Positions 51,701-61,844 of a stretch of 64,000 nucleotides of DNA are shown here, one piece after another. The notes beneath the pieces are model-generated. The model was not told where the DNA came from and searched no databases. It was given only the letters and a program-made list of their open reading frames with translations. The position numbers and the translations under genes were made by a program. This DNA comes from Eledone cirrhosa (Eukaryota): NCBI GenBank assembly GCA_964016885.1, contig CAXHJY010000238.1, forward strand, positions 1 to 64,000, written 5' to 3'. Position 1 is the first letter of the stretch. Every line of letters begins with the position of its first letter.

Positions 51701-54700
51701 ACTTGGGGTAGGGTCTCTTTCTCCCATGCATTCTCCTCATTCAGTAATCTTTCATAATGGCTCTTCCACGCCTCTTTCTTCTCACCACTTGCGAGGACAA
51801 GCTCACCTTTATCATTCTGGACACACTTCTCTGCAATGGCATCACAATTTTATCTCACAGACAGCCTCGCGATCCTGTGTAATAGGGTGTATATATGGTA
51901 ATAGGGTGTATATAAAGGTTACATATGGTCTATTATGAACCACTCTATGTTAGTGCCAATGCTAATTACTTCTTAATGTGTGTATATTGTTAGCTTGAAG
52001 ATGATGATGAAACAGAGAGCAGACATGATAAACAGAAGCTGTATATCCCTCCAAAATTAGCAGCAGTCCAATGTGGTATGTTTCATTTCTTTTTATATAT
52101 ATATATATATATATATGACTATGTATATACATATGTAGCTGTGTATATATACATGTCAGTGTGAATATATGTTGTTATATATGCATATATAAAGGTGGTG
52201 GATTCACAGTATTGGTAGAGCATCAGGCACCATGATTTGGGGCAAGACACTTTATTATTCTATTGGAAAAGGTAAGAAATATTTTCCATAATCCATATTT
52301 ATATTTTACAATAATGATTCAAGTTATTGATGATATCCTGCATGGAATAGGTGTTGCACGAGAAAGCCTCTCATTAATACTATCAGATACTGCCAGGGAT
52401 ATGATCAAAATAGGTGAAATAAGGAAGATACTTTATCCCAATTGTTTTCATGTGACATGTATTGCATCTCCTTCATAATTGCGTCCTGAGAGTTTCTATG
52501 ATGACGTGAGCGGTCTCATTGTGTTGGTAAAAGCTTCAATAGTCAAACATCGCACTAGAAAGACCCTTTTCAAAGATATCAGATTCCCTCCTGAGCCAAT
52601 AGTCACTCGATGGGGCAGTTGGATTGAAGCAGCTGAATATTACGACAAGAATTTACTCTGCGTTTATGATAAAATTATGGAATCGATGAAGGAGGTATTC
52701 TTGTGGAAAAAGCTAAACATTGTGTCGATTCGCCAACAATAGAAATGAGTTTGACTCAGATAGTGCAATGCTATTTGCCACTGAAGGATTTGATAAAAAA
52801 ATTGGAAAGTTCACAATATTCAGTTGAGGAAGTATTTAAAAGTCTCACTGATTTGAATTTTGTCCAAGATCCATGTCAAATAAAAACGTATCTGAGCTCT
52901 GGATTGCAGGAAAACAATTTGAAACAATTTAGAATGAATTTGCTGGATGGAAAACTCATCAATATCTCTCATGGACTGCAGTCTCATCTTTAAGTGTCAT
53001 CCTACATCAGCTAGTGTTGAGCATAGTGTTTCAATTTTTGGTAAAATACTAAAGAATTTTTTGTCTCCTGAGAGTGTGAAAGTCTATATTGCAACAATGA
53101 ATAATATGTAAAAAGTTTTGATTTTGTCATTTGATGTGTTTTTAATTCAATGAATAATAAAAATATTGAGTTAAAATTTATATTTTTAGGTTTATAAGGT
53201 TTATATAAGGAATAAAAATAAGGTCTAAAAAAATTGCTGTAGTAATTACCTTGTCAGGTGAAAATGTAATTAAATTGTATATTGTACTTATCTCATTTGA
53301 TGGCTTATAAGACACTTTTTTTCCAAAAAATGTCCCAGAAAATCATCCTGTGTCTTATATGGTAAAAAGTCAGTTTGTATTACTGGCTAATGGAATTCTA
53401 ATGCTGCAGTGGCTCTTAAAGTAAACCACAAACATCTCCGCAAATGTAAACAAGATGGCGATCACCGCTAGAACCAACATTGGCAACTTCAACCCTTTAG
53501 CATTTAAACCGTATCCAGCCAGAGTTCTTTGACCTCTTTCTGTTCAAACCAGCCATAACTGGTTGCTCATACTGATGTTAAGGTATTGTTCTCAAAATAA
53601 ATAACATCAAAATCTCTTAGATTCAATATTAGGTGAGATAAAGCTTTTACCACAAAAATACAATATTATATATAGAGTAATGTAAATGCTAAAGGGTTAA
53701 TATATTTTATGATGAATAAAATAAATTTATTTTCACTTTTTTTTTTGTTTTAAAAATGTAATGCCCCAGCATGGCCTCAGCCGGATGGCTGGAACAGGTA
53801 AAAGAGTAAATAGTTCAACAAGAAATATGATGTGAAGAATAAAGTAAATTTACTTTATTCTTCACATCATATTATAAACACTTATGTTTTAAAAATGTCC
53901 TAAAATATTACAACTAGAATTACGATGTAGAATGATAATAAAAAAACTACGATGTACAAACTTTATACCCTTCACCTGACATTCGTAGTTGCAACCCATT
54001 TATTTATTTTAAATGCCTGCCCAAAATTGAGGTATGTCTTATAAGCCGTCAAATGCGGTACCTTGTTAGGTAAAAATGTAATTAAATTGTGTATTGTAAT
54101 TACCTTTGTCAGGTGAAATGACTGCTGAAGAACGTCGAGAAAAACTGGTAGAAAGAGCCAAGAAACGGGCCCTTGGTAGTACATTGTTGCAAGATTTGAA
54201 ACGGGAATATGATGATGCACCAGAGGAGTTTATGGTAGGTCAGCTGTTGTTGTTGGTCATGAGAGAGGTCAGCTGTTGTTGATGTTGATCATGAGAGAGG
54301 TCAGATGTTGTTGTTGTTGGTCATAAGAGAGGTCAGCTGTTGTTGATCATGAGAGAGGTCAGATGTTGTTGGTCATGAGAGAGGTCAGCTGTTGTTGATC
54401 ATGAGAGAGGTCAAATGTTGATCATGAGAGAGGTCAGCTGTTGTTGATCATGAGAGAGGTCAGCTGTTGTTGATCATGAGAGAGGTCAGCTGTTGTTGAT
54501 CATGAGAGAGGTCAGCTGTTGTTGATCATGAGAGAGGTCAGATGTTTGGGTCAACATCAGCTTATCTGTTTGATGTGTATGTGTAGCTTTGTATGATGTA
54601 TGGTATGTGTGGTGTGTGTGTGTGTGTATGTATAGCTTGTTATGATGTAAGTGTGTGTAGCTTGTATAATGTATGTGTTTAGCTTTGTATGATATATGTG

Positions 54701-55735
54701 TGTGTGTGTATTATATATAGCTTTTATGGTGTGTGTGTGTGTGTATGGTAGAGAAGTATTGTGTATGAATGTGTGTTGTTGTAGTAAGTCCCCATATTTT
54801 TGTCTGTTCCAGGAAAGTTATTGTTGTAGTAAGTCCCCTTATTTCTGTCTGTTCCAGGAAAGAAACAGTTTACATCGAATTAAAGAAAATAAAGAAGCCA
54901 AAGAAAGAATAAAGTAAGATGACTACTACACCCTATACACTGGTTAGATGGTAGTACTGCTACCTATACAGTCATTAGGTGGTGGAACTGCTATATGTTT
55001 TCTGTGTGTGTTTCCGTATTATTACCATTGCCATCCACACAACCATGACATTGTATTTTCTTCTCCTCCTCCTAAGAGGGTGCTGTCAGAAGCAGCTGCC
55101 ACCCAACTGATCCAGCTGGATCACCAAGTGAGACAGCCAAGCTCGGGATCTCGGGGTCTACCCTGAGTCTCCTACCTATTGGCTTTGCCCATAAAATCTG
55201 TCCAGCGCTTCTTTCCTCAGACATTCTAACCACATGCCCATAGTATCGGAGCTGTGATGTCTAAATTCAGAGAAACAGTGACTTTACCTGGAGCGACTGT
55301 CTGATCTCCGAGCTACGCACTCTATCAAGTAACGTTACTCCAAAGACCCTTCGGAGCAACCCAATTTTGGCTGCTTGTATTCATGATCGTATTTTTTCAG
55401 TCATTACCCCAGATTAATGACCATAGTTAAAGGTTGGCACAAATACCGAACTGAAGATAGTGAGTTTGGCTTTTACTCCTACCTCCCTTCTTCTTATTAT
55501 TGAATGCTAAATCTGGCACATTACTGCAACTCTTGCAATTAAATCAGCCTCCTGCCTTCCATCACTCTCGAACACAGTCCTGTTCTCCACCTGCTTCAGT
55601 GGAACTCCATTGACATAGAGTGCACTGTGTATGCTTCCTTGAGAGGACAAGTGTATCAGTTTTCGCAGCACTGATTTTCATTCCAATCATGCAACACTCA
55701 GCATATATATATATATACTTATATGTATATATAAA

Positions 55736-55779
<44 letters not shown>

Positions 55780-58700
55780 TGAAGGCACATGGCTTAGTGG
55801 TTAGAGCATTGGCCTTGCAATCAAAAGGTTGTGAGTTTAATTCTCAAATCGGGTGATGTGTTGTTTCCTTGAGCAAGACACTTTATTTCACATTGCTCCA
55901 GTTTACTCAGCTGTAGAAATGAGATGATAGGGACTGGGGTCCATATCATTCCACTGCAAAGTGGTCGTGGAGTTGCCACGGCAAAAAAGCACCCAGCACT
56001 CACTGTAAATGAGGTTGGTGTTAGGAAGGGCATCCAGCTGTAGAAATCAAGCCAGCATCAGTTCCCGTCCCACCCTTGCAAGCAGGGAAAAGCGGATGTA
56101 AAATGATGATGATGATGATACCTATACTCTTTTACTCTTTAACCTGTTCCAGCCATTCGGCTGAGGCCATGTTGGGGCCACCGCTCTTGTTGCTACACAT
56201 TTTATCTCCAGCCTGTATTGGTTGGCCACTGGTGCAAGAGGGAGTTCGTTGCTGTTGCCCTTAGGTTTCCCTCGTGCCTTGCTGTTGGGCTCATCCGGGA
56301 TCCTGGATAGCAAGGTGTCGAGATCTTTCTTGAAAAATTCCATGTCCACACGTGCACAGGCAATCAAAAACCCGGCAGACACTGCCCTTTTACAACAAGA
56401 TCTGGATGCCATATACAAATGGGCTGAAGACTACAACATGCAGTTTAATGCTGGAAAATTTCAAGCCCTACAATACCAACCTGCAAACACATACAGTACA
56501 ACACAGTTACACTGGACCAGGAGGGGCCGAAATTCCTGTGTCGAAATCGATACGAGACCTGGGAATAGACATGAGCAATGATGCATCTTTTTCCTCACAC
56601 ATCATGAGGAGGGTGGTGACAATGTGCAGACGACTTGCTGGCTGGATCTTGAGGACTTTCCGGACAAGAGACCGTGACACCATTTTGACACTATGGAGGA
56701 CATTTGTCCTAAGCCACCTGGACTATTGTTCCCAGTTGTGGTCACCCCATAGTGTCAAACTAATCATGGAGCTTGAGGCAATCCAACGAAGCTACACCAA
56801 GAGGATTGCCACGATGAAGGAGCGAACCTACTGGGAGAGGCTAAAAGAACTGAACCTCTACTCCTTGGAATGAAGACAGGAGAGATACGCAGTGATCTAC
56901 ATATGGAAAACTCTGGAGGGACTAGCACCAAACTTTGGCATTGGGAGCTGGACCAACCCCCAAACAGGACGTCACTGTGTGCTACCAAAGGTCCCGTCTT
57001 CCACATCTAGAATAAGGAGCAGAAATTGCAATAGCCTGGGGTTCAAAGGACCTCAACTCTTCAACAAGCTGCTGAGGGATCTGAGAGATGTGCATGGTGG
57101 GGACATGGATGTTTTCAAGAAACATCTCAACACCTTGCTATTCTGGATCCCGGATGAGCCCAACAGCAAAGCACGGGGGAAACCTAAGGGCAACAGCAAC
57201 GAACTCCCTCTTGCACCAGTGGCCAACCAATGCAGGCTGGAGATAAAATGTGTAGCAACAAGAGCGGTGCCCCAGCATGGCCTCAGCCGGATGGCTGGAA
57301 CAGGTAAAAGAGTATATATATATATATGGGCCAGGCGATGTGTTATATCCTTGAGCAAGACACTTTATTTCACGTTGCTCCTTCTACCTGGAGTTGCAGC
57401 CGATAGATAGTGCTAGCAATTGGAAAGACCAACGGAAACATTGTTTGCTCGGTCTGATTTGACGAAATTTGATCGTTCCTTTTATATATATATATATATA
57501 TATAGATATACGAAATTCAAATACATATTTGTATACAATTATGTTTGAAGCTAAATTCTAATTATAGATATATAAAATTGTTTTATTTCTCTGCAGTTAT
57601 GAAGAGGAAAATTTTGTCAGACTTCCAATCACGAAAAAAGAAAAGGTAAATTTATATTTTTCATTATTCTAAATATTGAAAATTCTAAATTTCTTAAATA
57701 ATCACTAATAACACACAAGCATCCTTTACTCCCCCCTCTCTCTCTTTCTACTGTAAACATAGTTGGAAGGGCATCAAGCTGTAAAAATCCCAGCGAAAAT
57801 GCAGTCTGTCTGAACAAGGTACAGTGTGGTCAACTGGTCAGACTTGTCTGATGATGTGGGTGACCTGTCTCACCCATGCAAGCATATGCTAGCAGCATCA
57901 TTGTTTTTACATTGTTTGGATTGGAGGGGACTTTGTAGTAAATAAACATAGAGAGATATAGCGGGAGATGTAGCGGGATCTCAGGAAGCTTAATTAAGAA
58001 TGTAGGATTCACATGCAGCAGCTGTGCTGAAACAGCAAGCAAACAGCCACAGGAAACAAGTACCACCAATCTCTGGGAGGGCCCTGTAGAAACAGTAGAC
58101 AGCTTCTGCTACCTAGGTGACCGAATTAGCAACGGAGGTGGGTGCTCAGAAAGTACAATAACTAGGGTAAGAACGGGATGGAAGAAGTTTAGGGAACTAC
58201 TACCACTGCTAGCTGCAAAAGGCTTCTCCCTCAGAATGAAAGGCAGACTGTATGATGCGTGTATCCGAACAGCGATGTTGCATGGTAGTGAGACCTGGGC
58301 GCTGAAGGTGGAAGACTTACGTAGATTAGAGAGAAACGAAGCCTGCATGCTCCGATGGATGTGTAACAGTAATATACGTGAACGACAAAGCATAAAGGAA
58401 TTGAGAGAGAGACTGAGCATAAGAGGAATCAAATGCTGCGTGCAGGAGAGGCGGTTACGCTGGTATGGACATGTGATGCGTATGAAGGATGACAGCTGCA
58501 TAAAAAGGTGCAGAGCACTAGAAGTTGATGGAAACCGCGGAGTGGGGAGACCCAAGATGACTTGGGATGAGGTGATAAAAGCCGACCTTACCCAACTACA
58601 CCTCTCAAAGTCAATGTCACGCAGTAATACAGGGTACCCGACCTCCCATGGGTACATGCTGAAGCATATAAACAATATCCCCCCCCCCCCACCGCAAGGT

Positions 58701-61166
58701 GGTCGTGGAGGTGCCACGGCAAAAAAGCACCCAGCCCACACTGTAAAGTGGACGTGTAGGCGCCACGAAAAAGCACCCAGCACTCACTGTAAATGAGGTT
58801 GGTGTTAGGAAGGGCATCCAGCTGTAGAAATCAAGCCAGATCAGTTCCTGTATGAGCAAGGCATGGTCAGCCGACCAGACACTGCCCACAACAGGACAAC
58901 CCGTCTAACCCATGCTAGCGTGGAAGAACGGACGTAAAACGGTGATGATGATGATGATGATGAGATATAGGAAGAAATTTTCATTCCTACTTGATTTTGT
59001 CCTGAATAACACATTGAGCTTAATGCACCCTGTTAAAATATTAGGGAATTTCTCCACTTTCAATTACTCTCTCTCACTATATATATATATAGAGAGAGAG
59101 GGCATGGTGTTAGGAAGGGCATCCACCCGTAGAAAACCTGCCAGACAGCCCTATATGAGCGAGACATGGTCACCCGACCAACCTTGCCTCAAGTAGGACA
59201 ATTCCCGTCTAAACCCATGCTAGCGTGGAACATAGATGTTAAACGTTGATGATGATGAGAGAGAGAGAAAGAGAATTGACATTAGGAAGGGCATACAACC
59301 GTAGAAATCTAGCCAGAAATAGTTCTGTATGAGTAGGACACAGTCATCTGACCCAACTTGCCCCAAATGGGACAACCCAAACAAGCCATGCTAGCATGGA
59401 AAATGGATGTTAAACGATGATGATGATGATAGATATAGATCATCATCATCATCATCATTTCATTTTACGTCCGCTTTTTCCCTGCTTGCTAGAGTGGAAC
59501 GGGAACTGATGCTGGCTTGATTTCTACAGCTGGATGCCCTTCCTAACACCAACCTCATTTACAGTGAGTGCTGGGTGCTTTTTTGCCGTGGCACCTGCAC
59601 GACCACTTTGCAGTGGAATGATATGGACCCCAGTCCCTATCATCTCATTTCTACAGCTGAGTAAACTGGAGCAATCTGAAATAAAGTGTCTTGCTCAAGG
59701 AAACAACACATCACCCGGTCTGAGAATTGAACTCACAACCTATCGATTGCAAGGCCAATGCTCTAACCACTAAAGAGAGAGAGGAGTTTTCAGCTGTAAT
59801 AGTGTTGCTGTATAGCTGCAGGTATTTATTGAGTTTGTAATGAAGGGAGGAGGGACATTACCCATTTCCTTTGCACATGCCCACATTAGTAAACTTGATG
59901 TACCTAGGTTTAACATATACAGGTAAAATGTGATTAACAGACGACACCATGTTCTATGTTTTGCTAATGGTCGTATGTTAGTCATACAAACCAAGGACCA
60001 ATTGATGATGGTGTGTTAGTCATACCACCCAAAGACCAAGTAATGGTGGTCCTGAGCCATGTAGAGCTTTGATACTTTACTCACATTTTTGTTTTTGTTA
60101 TTTTCTTCTAGATGGCCTCTCGACAACTCACCACTTCAGCCTCCTTCGGTCAACTTGCCAACTTTGAAAATATTAATGTTCTGTATGATGAAAACGACTT
60201 TCATTTGGTAAGGTTACATTTATCTTTTTAATTATTTTAACCCTTTAGCATTTACATTACTCTATATATACTATCTAATTATCTCACATAATATCAAATC
60301 TATGAGATTTTGATATTATTTATTTTGATAAAAATACTTTAACATCAGTATGAGTGGCTGGTTATGACCAGTTTGAACAGAAAGAGGTGAGAGAATTCTA
60401 GCCAGATACAGCTGGTTTAAATGCTAAAGGGTTAACCCTTTAACATTTAAATTACTCTATATATACTATTGTATTTTTGTGGTAAAGGCTTTATCTTACA
60501 TAATTATCTCACATAATATCAAATCTACCAGATACAGCCGGTTTAAATGCAAAAGGGATACTAAGCACAATTCATTAAAACTGTTATATAGCTCCTAGAC
60601 AGTGTTGTATGAGTGTACTTTGTGTTATGTATGTGTACAGGAAAGTGTTTTATGTGTATGTATGTTAGAATGCGTTGTGATTTGTGTGTAAGTGTCTATT
60701 TGAGATTGTGTTTGTATGTGAGACTGTGTTATGTATGTGTAAGCATGTATATGTGAGAATGAATTATGTATGTGTAAGTGTATATGTGAGAATGTGTTAT
60801 GTGTATGCAGCCGTTCATCCTCATAAAAACAACAAATCTCCTGGGAGTAACAGTTTGCCCACTGAGTTACTGAAAGAAGACAGGTAGATGTGTATATCCT
60901 CACCGCAAGGGAGGTTAGGTGTGTATATCCCCATCCCAAGGGAGGTTAGGTGTGTGTATACACCCTCTAGCAACATATCCCTACCTCAAGGTCTGAACTG
61001 ATGTGTCAGTTGTGAGGGATAGGGGTCTTATGCAGGGATGAATTTAACTTCACTTCTACACAATGGGACTAGTGAACCTTGTATAGTTTATGGAGTTGTC
61101 GTTTATTAATGTTTTCTGTGTTTGTTTCTTTAGGAGGAACCTAGCAAGAAAAAGAAAAAAATGAAG
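39694..61166 (+). CDS. NGDN: Neuroguidin (NGDN/Lcp5, Sas10/Utp3/C1D family), 11 coding exons, 3' end not found in window
   Basis: join(39694..39714,42479..42613,44308..44445,45847..45928,46831..46883,51994..52075,54113..54234,54858..54913,57597..57645,60112..60207,61134..61166) = 867 nt/289 aa, all GT-AG with consistent phase. Motifs GIGFLTVKCNILLNY, RLVENRVVWEKILPIDNKLKYQIDK, YIPPKL, RAKKRALGSTLLQDLKREYDDAPEE, YEEENFVRL match recalled NGDN/Lcp5. Confidence 0.95.
42010..42352 (-). mobile_element. SINE family A
   Basis: Reverse complement of the 30159 copy. Confidence 0.92.
42479..42613 (+). CDS. NGDN: NGDN exon 2
   Basis: ctccag / KDVIQKDLTEALNILEKLPNSIHESNKFFKSLVRKVNSDNFNISN / GTAAGT. Confidence 0.9.
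44308..44445 (+). CDS. NGDN: NGDN exon 3
   Basis: ttgcag / GIGFLTVKCNILLNYITDLSLVLLEKSEGNSLKKNEAVERLVENRV / GTGAGT. Confidence 0.95.
44820..45376. repeat. ~38-bp minisatellite (~15 copies) inside a MITE
   Basis: Unit TCACTCCCTTTAATATTTGTCACAGATCAGTATTACA(C/T)AGA. Confidence 0.92.
45847..45928 (+). CDS. NGDN: NGDN exon 4
   Basis: ttacag / VWEKILPIDNKLKYQIDKVVQSAVTGK+G / GTTTGT. Confidence 0.95.
46150..46495 (-). mobile_element. SINE family A
   Basis: Reverse complement of the 30159 copy. Confidence 0.92.
46831..46883 (+). CDS. NGDN: NGDN exon 5
   Basis: tttcag / (E)VTDALKYRAQPENLVPK / GTAAGA. Confidence 0.9.
47346..47397 (+). ncRNA. Minimal type I hammerhead ribozyme-like motif in NGDN intron 5
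   Basis: Stem I GATGATCA/TGGTTATT (with G-U pairs), CTGAAGA+T, stem II GTCACA/TGTGAC, GAAA-G-AA-CTC. Confidence 0.55.
47905..50615 (+). mobile_element. Long degenerate RTE LINE (APE endonuclease + RT + PHD-like finger) in NGDN intron 5
   Basis: GTMNVGTL, VQETRW, AGDLN, IDFIL, QHSL (APE); NYRGIKL, QFGFVPGK, DLEKAFDRVPR, HQGSVLS, YADD (RT); multiple frameshifts and stops. Confidence 0.93.
50625..51790 (-). mobile_element. Second RTE RT fragment, opposite orientation
   Basis: ORFs 51172..51702 and 50715..51164 with NYRGIKL, QFGFVPGKGTTDA, HQGSVLSPLLF, YVDD. Confidence 0.92.
51994..52075 (+). CDS. NGDN: NGDN exon 6
   Basis: tgttag / LEDDDETESRHDKQKLYIPPKLAAVQC+G / GTATGT. Confidence 0.9.
52263..53100 (+). 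pseudogene. Decayed hAT-superfamily transposase fragment
   Basis: HVTCIA(H) CxxH-like motif, PPEPIVTRWGSW, PTSASVE(R)S.S catalytic-region motif; frameshifts. Confidence 0.7.
53289..54060. mobile_element. Mariner/pogo-like MITE with nested piggyBac MITE and SINE/LINE tail
   Basis: TIRs TATCTCATTTGATGGCTTATAAGAC / GTCTTATAAGCCGTCAAATGCGGTA; related remnant at ~37860-38064. Confidence 0.7.
54113..54234 (+). CDS. NGDN: NGDN exon 7
   Basis: tgtcag / (G)EMTAEERREKLVERAKKRALGSTLLQDLKREYDDAPEEFM / GTAGGT. Confidence 0.95.
54235..54545. repeat. ~26-bp minisatellite beginning at the NGDN exon 7 donor
   Basis: Unit CATGAGAGAGGTCAGCTGTTGTTGAT, ~11 copies. Confidence 0.92.
54858..54913 (+). CDS. NGDN: NGDN exon 8
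   Basis: ttccag / ERNSLHRIKENKEAKERI+AA / GTAAGA; a duplicate in-frame acceptor would start the exon at 54813. Confidence 0.88.
55065..55690 (-). mobile_element. Decayed RTE (Rex3/Expander-like) 3' fragment
   Basis: Minus strand reads AKLTIFSSVFVPT..YGH...VMTEKIRS.IQAA with frameshifts. Confidence 0.6.
55779..56119 (+). mobile_element. SINE family A
   Basis: Near identity to the 30159 copy. Confidence 0.92.
56122..56350 (-). mobile_element. Inverted copy of the same LINE's 3' end
   Basis: Reverse complement of ~57100-57312 (PDEPNSKARGKPKGNSNELP in both). Confidence 0.88.
56352..57312 (+). mobile_element. CR1/L2-like LINE 3' fragment
   Basis: LQQDLDAIYKWA...MQFNAGKF, RDLGI, SHLDYCSQLWSP, LEAIQRSYTK, GPQLFN; ends ...GGTAAAAGAGTA. 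Confidence 0.88.
57597..57645 (+). CDS. NGDN: NGDN exon 9
   Basis: ctgcag / (N)YEEENFVRLPITKKEK / GTAAAT. Confidence 0.93.
57960..58962 (+). mobile_element. 5'-truncated RTE LINE with 3' UTR and (GAT)n tail
   Basis: ORF 58236..58796 KGRLYDACIRTAMLHGSETW...RRLRWYGHVMR. Confidence 0.92.
59439..59773 (-). mobile_element. SINE family A
   Basis: Reverse complement of the 30159 copy. Confidence 0.92.
60112..60207 (+). CDS. NGDN: NGDN exon 10
   Basis: ttctag / MASRQLTTSASFGQLANFENINVLYDENDFHL / GTAAGG. Confidence 0.85.
60237..60560. mobile_element. Two tandem piggyBac-type MITE copies sharing a TTAA
   Basis: TTAACCCTTTAGCATTT...AAATGCTAAAGGG-TTAA-CCCTTTAACATTT...AAATGCAAAAGGG. Confidence 0.75.
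61134..61166 (+). CDS. NGDN: NGDN exon 11
   Basis: ctttag / EEPSKKKKKMK / GTAAGT; a basic C-terminal tail is typical of NGDN. Confidence 0.85.
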
Positions 61167-61844
61167 GTAAGTCCACCATCATCATCAATTTGAGAAATAT
61201 TTCTCTCACTTAATATTTTACTATTGCGTGAATCTTATGATCTACACTGATCTTAAAATTTAATCTTACTCTTTAGTTATGATTAATATATATATATATA
61301 TTATCATCATCATCACCATTTTACGTCTATTCTTCCATGTGAGGATGGATTAGACGGGTTGTTCTGTTGTGGGCTGTCCTTGTCTTGCTTGTATGGGAAC
61401 TGATTCTGGTTTTATTTCTACAGCTGCATGCCCTTCCTAACACTAACCTCATTTACAGTGAGTGCTCGGTGCTTTTTTTCCGAGGCGCCTATATTATATA
61501 TATTGTGTGTGTATATATATATATATATTTTGTTAATATTTTGAATTAATATTAATAACTCTGGAAAACCATATCTGTTGAGTGCTTCCTATCTATTGTA
61601 AAACTCATTCTTTGATTTATTCATTGAACCTTGTTTAACTTTTAAATATATATATATGATTATTAGTACAGTTTAAATTTTAAGCAAAGAATCGCTGCTT
61701 TCACCCTATCTATTACTGAATCTTCTGTAATAGTGTGAAAGCAGCGATTCTTTGCTTCAACTCTAATCTGTACTAATAATAAATAATAAATTTGCTCTAT
61801 GGATTTCATCATCATCATATATATTATATATATATATATATATA

